Shown here one piece after another: positions 46,207 to 55,875 of a DNA stretch of 64,000 bases. The DNA is from a virus. Under the pieces are notes generated by a model. That model made no database searches. It was given only the letters and a program-made list of their open reading frames with translations, and was not told the DNA's origin. The translations under genes were made by a program, and so were the position numbers. Every line of letters begins with the position of its first letter. Within the stretch, counting starts at the first letter, position 1. The stretch covers positions 14,962 to 78,961 of the IMG/VR virus record IMGVR_UViG_3300047409_000468. One strand, 5' to 3'.

Positions 46207-48195
46207 CTATTCCCAATTCTGTTTCGCTTCGCCCCATGTAGGGCCGACCTCAAAATCGACGATGGTCGGCACCACCAGCGGCGTTGTTTCAACCATTATC
46301 TGTTGCGCCCGCAGCGCCAGCGCTTTGTCGGCGGTACTCAAATCTATCTCGTCGTGCATCTGCACCAGTGGCACTATACCCTCACGCCAGCATGCCAGCA
46401 TAGCCCGCTTGGTTTGTCGCGCCGCGCTGCCCTGCACCAGATTATTCAGGCTCTTGCGGGTGTCCGCCCGGCGCAGCCTGGACCGGGACCACGGGTGCTC
46501 CGGGTTCTTGGCGCGCTCCTGTGCCTCCTCGTAAGTGCACGGCGTCAGCCGCATGCCCTTGGCCTCTGCCGCCAGCCGATCTTCCCACTCGACATAGCCA
46601 CCTTCCCATTGGGGATAGTGCATGCGCGCGCCATCGATGAGCCGGATATAACCCCGCAGGTTCGCGGCGATCTTGCACTTGTCTTCCAGGGATTTAATGA
46701 ACGGCAACCGATTGTGGTAGTCTTGCAGTAGCACCTCGGCCTCGTTCAAACTCAGCCCGAGCTCATCGGCCAGCGACCGCTTGCCCTTGCCGTACGTCAT
46801 GGCCAGATTAAGGATCTTGGCCACCGGACGCGGCTGCCCGGTCATCTCCGCAACCATGCTGTGGTAATCGGTGCGCGGGTCGTCGATATAGCGCTGCACG
46901 GCGGCCTCAGCGCCGGCTGCCCCTACCCTGGACGCGAAGTGCACGGTCAACCGGGGCTCTTGTTGGCTGTAGTCAAGCGCCACCCAGCGCTCGCCCTGCT
47001 CGGGTAGAAACGCCTTGCGTATCTGCTTCCCAATCTTGTTCTTATCCGGGCTTGGCATCTGTTGCAGCGGCGGCTCGCTGTAGCTCAGGCGATGACTGCG
47101 TGTTCCCCCGGCATCGCTGCGGTATTGGTGTATCTCGGCATGGATCCTGCCATCGATTTCATAGCCGAGCAGGAAATTTTCCAGGAACTTGGTCCGCGCC
47201 TCTTCGTATATTTCAGCTACGGCACAGGCTCGCGGCAATGGGTGATTGTGCTTCTCCATCCAATCTTTAGTGAAGCTGCCCTGCTTGGCCTTGACGGTCC
47301 GGGGGAACACGATGTGTTCTCTGGTGAACCATTGCTCCATCTGGCCGGGCGAACGTATCTCCTTCATGGATGCCGGACGACGCAGTTCCAGGAGCTCACC
47401 CACCTGTGCCAATGCTGCGTCGCGTACCGCACTATATTCGTCTATCAGCTTGTGGACATAGGGCACATCAATGCGTATGCCGCGCCGCCGCATGGCGATA
47501 ACCATGGGCACCAGCCCCATCTCGGTTGTGTAGGCTGGCATTAATTCCTGCTCGTGCAGCTTGGGCGCTGTGTGCTGCCAGAGCGCCAGCGTCGCCGCTG
47601 TGTCGGCCTCGGCATAGGGGCCGGCATACTTGGCCGGCAACTGCCATATGCTCTCCCTTGCCTTCCTACGGTCGGCCCCCATGGCCTCTACCGCTTCTTC
47701 TAGCAGCGCAATGTCTTTGCCCGGCAGCCCGGCCCGCTTGCAGCAACTATCCAGGTCGTAGGCATACTCGTTCTCGTCCACCAACACGCACGCCGCCAAC
47801 GTATCATTGATGTTGGCTCCGGTCATGCCGGCAAGCATGCACTCCATCCAGCCACAGTCATAGGGGGCATTGTGGAAGACAAGCGGCGTGCCCGACTTGG
47901 CAAGATCCGTGAGCCAGCGCATGACCTGCGTATTGGTGAATACGGTAGCGGTATCGGGATGCTGGATTGGCGCGTATCCCACGCTATCTTCAGCGGCCCA
48001 GCTTACTCCGCAGATAAAGCCAGCATCAAAGGCCCAGCCGGGACCGCGCTTTTCTATGAGCCCAACGTCCTTGGTCTCGCAGTCAAGCGCCACCACCGGC
48101 CGACCCCGCAAATCAGGGAGTTCGGCCGGCGGCTGCCAGTTGCTTTCCGGCACGAACAGCCCAAGCTGTCCGAGGCGGTATTTGTATTTAGTCAC
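46207..48195 (-). CDS. polA: DNA polymerase, family A
   Basis: Exonuclease DCET/HNAPYD/YA..D; polymerase motifs DYSQQEPR, R..AK..NL...YG.G, QGSAA, QMHDE. Confidence 0.95.
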   Translation of the reverse strand: MTKYKYRLGQLGLFVPESNWQPPAELPDLRGRPVVALDCETKDVGLIEKRGPGWAFDAGFICGVSWAAEDSVGYAPIQHPDTATVFTNTQVMRWLTDLAKSGTPLVFHNAPYDCGWMECMLAGMTGANINDTLAACVLVDENEYAYDLDSCCKRAGLPGKDIALLEEAVEAMGADRRKARESIWQLPAKYAGPYAEADTAATLALWQHTAPKLHEQELMPAYTTEMGLVPMVIAMRRRGIRIDVPYVHKLIDEYSAVRDAALAQVGELLELRRPASMKEIRSPGQMEQWFTREHIVFPRTVKAKQGSFTKDWMEKHNHPLPRACAVAEIYEEARTKFLENFLLGYEIDGRIHAEIHQYRSDAGGTRSHRLSYSEPPLQQMPSPDKNKIGKQIRKAFLPEQGERWVALDYSQQEPRLTVHFASRVGAAGAEAAVQRYIDDPRTDYHSMVAEMTGQPRPVAKILNLAMTYGKGKRSLADELGLSLNEAEVLLQDYHNRLPFIKSLEDKCKIAANLRGYIRLIDGARMHYPQWEGGYVEWEDRLAAEAKGMRLTPCTYEEAQERAKNPEHPWSRSRLRRADTRKSLNNLVQGSAARQTKRAMLACWREGIVPLVQMHDEIDLSTADKALALRAQQIMVETTPLVVPTIVDFEVGPTWGEAKQNWE

Positions 48196-48770
48196 TTTGT
48201 GCGGTATTCGTCCTCGATTTCCTTGCGCAGTTCCTCAGCGGCCTGCTCCAGCGCATCCTCGGCGCTGGCGTGCTGCCCACCGTCCTCGGGCGTGCCCGGT
48301 ACGTTGGCGCTGGGCCGCCAAGGGCGACCCGTGGGGAGTTTTTTGGCGGGGGCCGCCACCTTGGGTCGGGCAGCCTCCTGCGCCTCCCCACGGGCCTGCG
48401 TTGCCCGCGCGTGCATAATTTCCTGCACCCGTGCCTTGGCGTCTTCGCGCGGCATGTTCCAGGCAACGGCCAAGGCCGCGTAGACATCGGTGCCGTCGTA
48501 GGCAATCACTGGGTCACGCAGCCGATTGGCAACGCACTTGGCATAACCGGCGATGTCATCCCAATGGTCGGGCTCGTTAGGGTCACCGCAGCTTATGCGC
48601 GCCATCTTATGCGCAATCATGTAAAGCGCGTGCCGCTGCTGATCTGACAGGGTCGGCCAGTTGCGCTCGTGCTGCATGGCGCGCAGCATCTCCCACGTTG
48701 CCCGACTGTTTTCAGCAAATTCGCCGTGTATCGAGGGTCGATCACTCAGTATCTTGTTTATCTGGTCCAT
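48192..48770 (-). CDS. DUF6378-like nucleotide-metabolism-associated protein
   Basis: IL..R...HG.F...AL.MI..K.ARI..GDP...DHW.DIAGYA. Confidence 0.75.
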   Translation of the reverse strand: MDQINKILSDRPSIHGEFAENSRATWEMLRAMQHERNWPTLSDQQRHALYMIAHKMARISCGDPNEPDHWDDIAGYAKCVANRLRDPVIAYDGTDVYAALAVAWNMPREDAKARVQEIMHARATQARGEAQEAARPKVAAPAKKLPTGRPWRPSANVPGTPEDGGQHASAEDALEQAAEELRKEIEDEYRTK

Positions 48771-49309
48771 CAGTTGTTCCTTTGGTTCATAACGGCGGTA
48801 TGCCGCTCGCGCTGTTTGTCTAGCCAGAGGATAATCTTTTCACGATCGCCTCCAGACTCCAGTGTATTCGTCAATTTTAGTGCTGCCCGCATTGTACGCT
48901 GTATGATTGGTATGGCCAACTGATTGCCCATCTCATATTCCATCATGCCAAAGCATGCCATCTCGAGCAGGTCGCAAATCTTTATCTTGGTGCGAATCAC
49001 CGGGGCCAGTCCCGGCAGCGTAACGCCCATGGTTTCCAGCGCACTGTCCTCGACCGCGTTAAACGCGGCCTTGAGCTCTGGGTTATTGGCCTTGGTCGGG
49101 AACGGTATGTCACCCACCACCAATTCAGCCACATCGTGCAAGCGGATGTAGCGCTCAACCGGGGAACTGAGCTCGCCGAATATCTGCTCATATATGAGCG
49201 CAACCTGCCAGCTATGCTCGCCGACGGTCTGCACCTGGATCGTAGGCCACGCATGATAACGCCTGATGCGCCCCGCGTGCCGTACGGTATCCGTTACAAA
49301 GTCACTCAT
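48770..49309 (-). CDS. HD-domain (YfbR-like) nucleotidase
   Basis: RYH......QTV.EHS...LHD.AE...GD.P.P.K...K.CD.LE. Confidence 0.88.
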   Translation of the reverse strand: MSDFVTDTVRHAGRIRRYHAWPTIQVQTVGEHSWQVALIYEQIFGELSSPVERYIRLHDVAELVVGDIPFPTKANNPELKAAFNAVEDSALETMGVTLPGLAPVIRTKIKICDLLEMACFGMMEYEMGNQLAIPIIQRTMRAALKLTNTLESGGDREKIILWLDKQRERHTAVMNQRNN

Positions 49310-49604
49310 TCTCTTCGATTACCCCTTTACCAACCTTGCCAGCCTTGCGCCCGGTCGGCGCGTCTTCCTTGGTCTGCAACTGCGCGCGGGCGGCAGGTCG
49401 CTCGGCCGGCGGTAGCGTCTGCACGGCATCCTGCGCACGTGATACCGCCGCACGGCTGGCCCGCCGTATGGTCTCCACCTTGCCGGTGCCGCCGCACGCC
49501 GCGCAGTCCACCTCTTCCCCGGTAGACGGCAGCACATGCGTGCGCCCGGTGCCGCCGCAGCTTGGGCAGTCGGTCCAAACTTTGATGGTGCGGTAGATGC
49601 TCAT
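49302..49604 (-). CDS. Small CxxCxGxG zinc-finger protein
   Basis: CPSCGGTG...CAACGGTG. Confidence 0.65.
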   Translation of the reverse strand: MSIYRTIKVWTDCPSCGGTGRTHVLPSTGEEVDCAACGGTGKVETIRRASRAAVSRAQDAVQTLPPAERPAARAQLQTKEDAPTGRKAGKVGKGVIEENE

Positions 49605-49990
49605 GACGGCTCCTTCACCTTTATCCGCAATCTACGGTATGCTTCATTTGTTATTTCAAGTATATCATCGAGCGTCAGGTTAATGCGATTTTCTTTGATA
49701 ACTCGTTCAGCAGCATCTAGCAAAAGCTTACCTATATGATGCTTATCCGGGTGCTCAAATGCATTATCCTTGAATACACCCTTGTGGCCCCGTTGCTCGA
49801 TTGTATTGGCGTTGACGTCGGCTCTACCCGTAATCTGGATAACCAACGGCCTAGGCACATGGCGATATAAAGCATCGGCAAGTTTAGTGTCCCGTAATCC
49901 CCGTTCATAATATCTATTGATAATGCATTTCAAAAACCAGCCTTCTGGTTTTCTCCAATTAGCCTTATGCTGGCCCGGCTTGCTGCCCAC
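49601..49990 (-). CDS. Hypothetical protein (AT-rich)
   Basis: Fills the gap, coupled; lower GC than its neighbours. Confidence 0.55.
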   Translation of the reverse strand: MGSKPGQHKANWRKPEGWFLKCIINRYYERGLRDTKLADALYRHVPRPLVIQITGRADVNANTIEQRGHKGVFKDNAFEHPDKHHIGKLLLDAAERVIKENRINLTLDDILEITNEAYRRLRIKVKEPS

Positions 49991-49991
49991 T

Positions 49992-50972
49992 TTATTTCAT
50001 CCTTCGCTTTAACCACGCCGTGGTCGCTGTCCGCCAGTCCAATGCTACAATCTTGTCGGCCCATTGCAAGGCTATTTCGTAGTCGCCCAGCTTGCGTGCC
50101 CGGTTCGCTTCCCACATGGGGCGTGCCGTAGTGTCGAGGAATGTGTTGCTTGCGCCCTTAACCGAGTCAGGGTCGTCGACGTAGGCGGCCACCTCATCAT
50201 CAAAAGTATCCGCATCATCGACCAACGGAGTTATTGTGGGATAGCTCGGCCACCCGTTGGCGCTATCGTGATTGGCCAGATGCCGGGCGTTTTCATACAT
50301 GTGCCAGTTCCAGCTGAATTGGGTCATCGTGCCAATGACGACTTCCAGCCGCGCCGCCAGATATTCCTGGAGAATACTGAAGTGCACCGCGTTGGCCCCG
50401 TAGCAGCCCCACACGATATCGTTGGACCGGCAGGTCACCCCGAGGTCCAGCCGCCCCTCATGTATCCGTAGATAAACCTGTGTGTTGCAGGGGCGATCCT
50501 TCAGGCCCGGCACGCCAAGGTCAACCTCAGCATCCCACATCTGTATAACCGCCTGCCTGCTACTGGCATCCGTATTAAGGATTGAAACCACATTATCCAA
50601 TTGGTCCAGGTCTTCTCGTATCGCACGTATATCCAGAAAGTGGCTGCGCCACCTGTAGCCATAGGCACCGTGCATCGTGCCGTCCTTCTCAGCAAAGCGT
50701 GCTGAGAAGTCAGCTACAAACTGGTCCAGCCACGTAGCGTCATTGCGCCCGGCCAGCATCCACAACGCCTCGTGCAGATGGAATATCGGGTTGGCGTCCC
50801 GCACCGGATCGAACAGCACCCGCTCCATCGGGCGTTCATACACGGTGACCACCGGCCACGGCGCAACCACCACCGGGCCGTTGCGGCTGGGTTCAGGCAT
50901 ACCACACTGCTCAATCAGGCCAATGGCATGCTGCCACGCATCGTTAACGTTGCGCGCATAGATGGTTCTCAT
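49992..50972 (-). CDS. Thymidylate-synthase-like dUMP hydroxymethylase
   Basis: SRNG, RDANP.F...E.LWML.GRND, GAYG.RWR, SRQAV, PCN, RSND.VWG..GAN (Asn indicates dUMP specificity), H.Y. Confidence 0.88.
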   Translation of the reverse strand: MRTIYARNVNDAWQHAIGLIEQCGMPEPSRNGPVVVAPWPVVTVYERPMERVLFDPVRDANPIFHLHEALWMLAGRNDATWLDQFVADFSARFAEKDGTMHGAYGYRWRSHFLDIRAIREDLDQLDNVVSILNTDASSRQAVIQMWDAEVDLGVPGLKDRPCNTQVYLRIHEGRLDLGVTCRSNDIVWGCYGANAVHFSILQEYLAARLEVVIGTMTQFSWNWHMYENARHLANHDSANGWPSYPTITPLVDDADTFDDEVAAYVDDPDSVKGASNTFLDTTARPMWEANRARKLGDYEIALQWADKIVALDWRTATTAWLKRRMK

Positions 50973-51148
50973 TTTCTATTAACCTTGTCCAACATCCGCA
51001 GCAACCGGGGGCTGACGTGGCCACCGGGACTCCTTATATCGCGCCGGAGTTGCGTAAGCTGCATCTCCAGTTGCTTGATGTACCGGTCCTTGGCCGCATT
51101 GGCGTCGGTCAATTCCTTGAGCCGTTTATTCCATTCTTTTTCTATCAT
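50969..51148 (-). CDS. Small coiled-coil hypothetical protein (59 aa)
   Basis: Own translation MIEKEWNKRLKELTD...; ATGA-coupled at both ends. Confidence 0.6.
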   Translation of the reverse strand: MIEKEWNKRLKELTDANAAKDRYIKQLEMQLTQLRRDIRSPGGHVSPRLLRMLDKVNRK

Positions 51149-51708
51149 AATCCCAGCAACTCCATGACACGCGGCAGCGCCGTAGCACGGCTATGCGTCT
51201 CCACTTTTATACCACGCCTGCGGTTTGTCTTGTTAGTTGTGAATATCTGCTTGTACTTGACGCGCGTGGCGGTCTCGTCCACTGGCTCCATCTCACCGCG
51301 CGCCATGCGCCGCTGATTGACACTGGCGATGCAATCCACCAGTAGCGTATCCAGGTGGATAACCGTAAGCGATGTCGCCTTGCCGATACGCACAAGGCGC
51401 TCGACACCAAGCGTAACCAGCCCTTCCATAAGGACTGATCGTCCCTGCGCTATCTGTTCCAATACGCACTTTTCTACTTCGTCAGCAAAGCCGGCCCAGC
51501 GCATCGTATCGATGCCGCCGCATTGCGCCCCATACTTGCCCACCAGCAAGACCGGGGGAGACTGCCAGACGTAGCCGCCAACTTTGCGATTGTTAGGCCC
51601 CATGCGGATAATCTCCGCCTGTGGCAGCCCGCCAAGGCGCGCTATGACCTTCTCGGCAATAGTGGTCTTACCGCTACCGCTAGTCCCCCGGATAAGCACG
51701 ACGCTCAT
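51145..51708 (-). CDS. 5-hydroxymethyluridine DNA kinase (5-HMUDK-like P-loop kinase)
   Basis: IRGTSGSGKTT, VG.Y...CGG.D, VL.EG, LDT....CI..V..RR.ARG as in M6/ViI-type kinases; adjacent to the TS homologue. Confidence 0.82.
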   Translation of the reverse strand: MSVVLIRGTSGSGKTTIAEKVIARLGGLPQAEIIRMGPNNRKVGGYVWQSPPVLLVGKYGAQCGGIDTMRWAGFADEVEKCVLEQIAQGRSVLMEGLVTLGVERLVRIGKATSLTVIHLDTLLVDCIASVNQRRMARGEMEPVDETATRVKYKQIFTTNKTNRRRGIKVETHSRATALPRVMELLGL

Positions 51709-52142
51709 GGTCCCTCCGTCAGGTAACGGGCAAAGTGTTCATTCACCAGCGCACCGCGCCGCACGGCCCGCACACGTGCATATGCATCTGCCCCGGTTAT
51801 ACCCTCTAGCTGCATAAGCACCAAGGCACAGAACAGCCCTGACCGATTGCGCCCGCCCCAGCAATGCGCCAGCAGCACCCCGCCGCCCCTGATGAACGCC
51901 ACGGCATCGGTGACCAAGGTTTCCAGCAGCATCGCCATTCTGGGGTTCATCTGCCCATCCGGCAACGACACTTGCTCATACCAATCCATGAGCCCAATGA
52001 TGCGGTTATCCGGCGAGTGCCACAGGTTGACTATGCCCGAGATCTTATACCGAGTAATCATATTAACAATGGCCGTGCCATCCAGCTGATGCGTGCGGGC
52101 CGATAGATACAGCTTGCCGGGCAGGATCTCATAAACCCGCAT
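51705..52142 (-). CDS. Dual-specificity / PTP-family phosphatase
   Basis: L.DG WPD-loop equivalent and HCWGGRNRS (CX5R). Confidence 0.9.
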   Translation of the reverse strand: MRVYEILPGKLYLSARTHQLDGTAIVNMITRYKISGIVNLWHSPDNRIIGLMDWYEQVSLPDGQMNPRMAMLLETLVTDAVAFIRGGGVLLAHCWGGRNRSGLFCALVLMQLEGITGADAYARVRAVRRGALVNEHFARYLTEGP

Positions 52143-52377
52143 TCATTTTCTCCGTGAACCGAACGATGGCGCGTTGCACCGCAGATTCAACCAACCCAAC
52201 AGATGCTGCCGGACTACAGTTGAAGACCTTGACATTGACCATCATTACTGCTAACAGAATAGTTTCGACGACAACCATGAATTGGGCGAAACCCCCACCC
52301 ACGCCGATTACTTCCTTTACGACATGGGTCGTAAATTCTGTCGCTATGCGGTTATGGACGTCATCATGGTTGCTCAT
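52129..52377 (-). CDS. Small helical hypothetical protein
   Basis: ATGA-coupled to the transferase. Confidence 0.55.
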   Translation of the reverse strand: MSNHDDVHNRIATEFTTHVVKEVIGVGGGFAQFMVVVETILLAVMMVNVKVFNCSPAASVGLVESAVQRAIVRFTEKMNAGL

Positions 52378-53387
52378 GCCTGCCACCGTACCGGGTTGGC
52401 CATATCTTCAGTTTTATTGAAGTCGTAAAGCAGGTCGGTCCACGTATAGCCATGCTTGCGCAGGCATACGGCCACCGGCTTGCGTGGCCCATCCCAGCCA
52501 TTGAGCTCACCTAGATGCTTGTGCGGGAACAGCACCTCGCGCGCGCGCCAGATGTCGGAAACATGGCCCCACTCACGTTCGGCTTGGCGCGCATATTTCA
52601 GTTCCGAATCTATGGATCGCCCCGGATACTGCTTCATGCTCTCCCATGATTCACGGTATTCACAGAGCATGACCTGCAACTGAAACATATCGATGTCCAC
52701 ATCGTAATGCTCCTTCAGCATTGCGATGGCATCCTGACAGCTTTGATGTGCCAGCGCCAGCGCCCCTATGCTGTTGTCCCGATTACCCAACCCTCGGTCG
52801 GGGAATAAATAGCCCAGCGTGTGCCGGGGGGACCATGCGTCTTTCGGCCGTATATCGGGCGTGGCGATGTGCAGGTCCAGGTGTCGCCGCATGTACTCCA
52901 GCAGCTTGATAGCCGAGTAGCGCCCGATGCGCGGCAGCCGCAGCACCCATTCCCACGCCAGTTCGTAAGCGGCTGTGGGCTCGTCCACGGCGCACTCTGC
53001 CTTTAGTTTGGGCCAATCGTGCCACACGAACTTGTGCGCCGCGTTCAGGTATTCCGCCATCCAGTCAGCTCGGCGCATCATCTTGCGCTCGTTGCGGCAA
53101 GTTATCTTGGTCGGTGGTTCAAAGGCCTCGTCCAGCCAGTGTCGCAGCGCACCGGTATTCTCGGCCTGTGTGTACGACCAATGCCGCCACAGCACTTCGG
53201 CATATGGCACATTGTAGACCGCGATGTAGCACAGCGCCCGCCAGACCCGCTCGTTCTCGTCGATTATCGGCAGGTTCGCCATCTCCGCGACCATGGTCAG
53301 TTGCGGGTCCGGTCCTCCGGAAGCCAGTTCCCATCTACAAAACTCGGCGAAGAACTTGCGGTGCTCGTTAGTTGTGAAATCCAGCAA
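52374..53387 (-). CDS. aGPT-Pplase2 / amino acid:DNA transferase-like HhH protein
   Basis: DP..., ER.W, ER+..R, L..IGRYS..K.LEY, LCEY......YPG..ID, E..GW.G.R pattern of phage hypermodification transferases. Confidence 0.78.
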   Translation of the reverse strand: MLDFTTNEHRKFFAEFCRWELASGGPDPQLTMVAEMANLPIIDENERVWRALCYIAVYNVPYAEVLWRHWSYTQAENTGALRHWLDEAFEPPTKITCRNERKMMRRADWMAEYLNAAHKFVWHDWPKLKAECAVDEPTAAYELAWEWVLRLPRIGRYSAIKLLEYMRRHLDLHIATPDIRPKDAWSPRHTLGYLFPDRGLGNRDNSIGALALAHQSCQDAIAMLKEHYDVDIDMFQLQVMLCEYRESWESMKQYPGRSIDSELKYARQAEREWGHVSDIWRAREVLFPHKHLGELNGWDGPRKPVAVCLRKHGYTWTDLLYDFNKTEDMANPVRWQA

Positions 53388-54285
53388 ACCAATCTAGCTC
53401 CAATCCAAAGCGTTTACCCTGTTGTTCAGTGCACCGGTTGCATGGCGTCTGTGCACCACGATCTCGCCTTATCAAGTTTTCCCGCACCTCGTCATAGGCG
53501 TCCCATAGATCAGGTAGTGATTGGTCAGGGAACTTGCCTACGATATGCTCGTCGCCCCAGTCGTCGCAACATATAGGGATGCTGCCGTCAAACCACATAG
53601 GAAATTCGCGAAATGGCCTAACGCACATGCGCGCCAGCGGCTCCTTGATTGGTCGCACGTTGGGATACATCCGGGCGGCAGGCCCCGGCCCCACATCTGC
53701 ATTTCCGCCTTGATTGTGGTAATGCAGAATGATGTTCTCCTTGGGTGCCCGACCATCCTCGGTCTTATAGGTGCAGGCATCCTTGATAATCAACGCACGC
53801 CAGTCCGGCCCACGATACGGATATGGATTGGCCGAATCATCAAAGAACGTGTTGGCGGTGCCCGCGAACAGCGCCGTGAACTCGCGCAATCGTCGTGGCG
53901 TATAGCAATCCAACAGGAAGCAGTTCACCCCGGCATCTTGCGCCTCCTGGACCCACGCTTTGAATCTCGCGAGCCCTATGATATCGGACAGATCACCGTT
54001 AGTGCTGACGAGGAACTGCGCCTTGGGCAATGCCTGCCGGGCGATGTGGATATATTCGATGAATCGCGGGTGCAGCGTGGGCTCGCCCCGGTTGGCAATC
54101 TCAATGCGTACCTTGGGCCGCCATGCGGCAACGGCTTCAACGTAGCGTCCCCACAGGTTTGCCGGCAGGTACTCATATTCCTTTTCGGCCCAGTCTTGGT
54201 TGCGCAAGCCGCAGAACACGCAGCGCAGCGTGCAGCCACGTACGAACTCAGGTTTCAGGCTGTATGGCAGATGTCGCGGCATCAT
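53368..54285 (-). CDS. Radical SAM enzyme with SPASM/twitch domain
   Basis: CTLRCVFC (CxxxCxxC), [16 protein letters not shown]......DG....CC.DW...PC.RC; RBS AAGGAG before ATG 54285. Confidence 0.88.
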   Translation of the reverse strand: MMPRHLPYSLKPEFVRGCTLRCVFCGLRNQDWAEKEYEYLPANLWGRYVEAVAAWRPKVRIEIANRGEPTLHPRFIEYIHIARQALPKAQFLVSTNGDLSDIIGLARFKAWVQEAQDAGVNCFLLDCYTPRRLREFTALFAGTANTFFDDSANPYPYRGPDWRALIIKDACTYKTEDGRAPKENIILHYHNQGGNADVGPGPAARMYPNVRPIKEPLARMCVRPFREFPMWFDGSIPICCDDWGDEHIVGKFPDQSLPDLWDAYDEVRENLIRRDRGAQTPCNRCTEQQGKRFGLELDWFAGFHN

Positions 54286-55351
54286 GCACTCCTTGAATCC
54301 ATTTGCGCAGCGTATCACGAGCCTCGTCGTCATTGCACTGCTCGGGTGGCGACTTCATGTAGTAGGAGCTCGCCGCTTGCACCGGCCCGCCTTCACCACG
54401 GTCCTGCGCCAATGCTGCGCACCGTATGGCGTCTATGACAACGCCTGCGCTGTTGGGGCTGTCCCACACCTCCAGCTTTAGCTCTATTGACATTGGTGCG
54501 CCGCCAAAGCCTTCGCCTTCCAGGCGGATGTGCGCCCACTTGCGGTCGGTCAGCCACGGCACATGGTCACTCGGTCCTATATGCACGTCCCCAGCGGGGA
54601 TAGGTGTACCCATCACCGAGGTGACTGCACGGGTCTTGCTTATCTTCTTGGTCTTCAGCCGCTCACGCTCGAGCATGTTCAGGAAATCGGTATTACCGCC
54701 AACGTTCAGTTGGCTCGTGTGCAACAGCTTGACACCACGGTCCCGCAGCAACGTCACCAAGGCCCGGTGCACGATGGTCGCGCCTACCTGTGACTTGACG
54801 TCGTCACCAATGATTGGCACCCCGGCGTCATAAAATGACATGGCCCAGTCCGGGTCCGATGCAATGAATGTGGGCATGCAGTTGACAAAGGCGCAGCCAG
54901 CGTGCAGCGCCGCCTTGGCGTAGTGTCGTGCAGCCTCCTCCGCACCGACCGGCAGATAATTCACCACCACGTCGGCACGCATGTGCTTGAGCTCGGTGAC
55001 CACGTCTACCGGGGGAGCAATACTTTCGATGAGTACCTCCTTCAGGTATTTGCCCAATCCGTCCAGCGTCGGTCCACGCTGCACAGTGGCATCTGTGTGG
55101 CGTAATACATTGGTGAATTGCAGCGTGCAGTTGGGCTCGGCAAATATTGCATCACGCAAATACTCGCCCACCTTGTTCTCGGCAATGTCAAAGGCCCCGA
55201 CCACCTGGATGTCTGCCGGCGTGTAGCCGCCCAGTATCGGGTTCATCAAGCCGGGCGTATCGCTATTGCGACCCGCGTAATAAGTCAGGCCCTGCACAAG
55301 AGAAGAGGCGCAGTTGCCCACGCCTACGATTGCCACTCGTATCTGTCGCAT
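54248..55351 (-). CDS. ino1: myo-inositol-1-phosphate synthase
   Basis: [44 protein letters not shown]...RL..KK.SKT, IGPSD.VPWL.DRK, V.DSPNSAG...DA.R, KSPP. Confidence 0.95.
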   Translation of the reverse strand: MRQIRVAIVGVGNCASSLVQGLTYYAGRNSDTPGLMNPILGGYTPADIQVVGAFDIAENKVGEYLRDAIFAEPNCTLQFTNVLRHTDATVQRGPTLDGLGKYLKEVLIESIAPPVDVVTELKHMRADVVVNYLPVGAEEAARHYAKAALHAGCAFVNCMPTFIASDPDWAMSFYDAGVPIIGDDVKSQVGATIVHRALVTLLRDRGVKLLHTSQLNVGGNTDFLNMLERERLKTKKISKTRAVTSVMGTPIPAGDVHIGPSDHVPWLTDRKWAHIRLEGEGFGGAPMSIELKLEVWDSPNSAGVVIDAIRCAALAQDRGEGGPVQAASSYYMKSPPEQCNDDEARDTLRKWIQGVHDAATSAIQPET

Positions 55352-55497
55352 GTACCCTCCAATTGCAAATGGGCGGCGGCAGCGTCAGGGAACCACTCCA
55401 TACGCTGCCACCGCCATCCACCGCAGTACCCTAAACCCCGCTGCGATGTAACCTACCCTAGCCTCAGTCGGTTTTGTGGACTAGGAAAAAATCCCTC

Positions 55498-55875
55498 TCA
55501 GCCGGGTTCCTTCGGCAGGTTCTCGATGTCGTCGGCATTGTCCATGTCAGGGGCGGCAATGTCGTCGATCTCGTCGATCCCAGTAAAGTCGGCGCTTTCC
55601 CACTCGCTCTTCCAATCATTGAACGCAGAACCCGTGTCCCCTTCCTGCCACTTCTCCGACCGCTCGTTGGAGTATTCGTCCATCTGGCCAACCACTTCGT
55701 CCCGAATACCCTCTGCCTCTTCGAGCAAGGCGTTGTATTCCCCGATCTTGGCGTTTACTACCTCAATCTGTTCGTTGACCCCACCAACGGCCGTAACTAC
55801 TGACGCTTCCATTTCCCGGAGATTATCAATAATTTCGTCCAGCCGGGCCGCATGTTCTTTTGATATTTTCTTCAC
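55498..55875 (-). CDS. Acidic helical hypothetical protein
   Basis: M.EY...RSEKWQEGD.G.....W motif. Confidence 0.7.
   Translation of the reverse strand: MKKISKEHAARLDEIIDNLREMEASVVTAVGGVNEQIEVVNAKIGEYNALLEEAEGIRDEVVGQMDEYSNERSEKWQEGDTGSAFNDWKSEWESADFTGIDEIDDIAAPDMDNADDIENLPKEPG

Noticed and set aside
49992-50972. Ordinary thymidylate synthase or dCMP hydroxymethylase
   Set aside because: The GAN (Asn) motif favours dUMP, and the adjacent 5-HMUDK and aGPT-Pplase genes require 5-hmdU
54248-55351. ino1 as a generic auxiliary metabolic gene or host contamination
   Set aside because: It overlaps the rSAM gene and heads a coupled modification cluster among phage genes, so a pathway role is more parsimonious, though not proven
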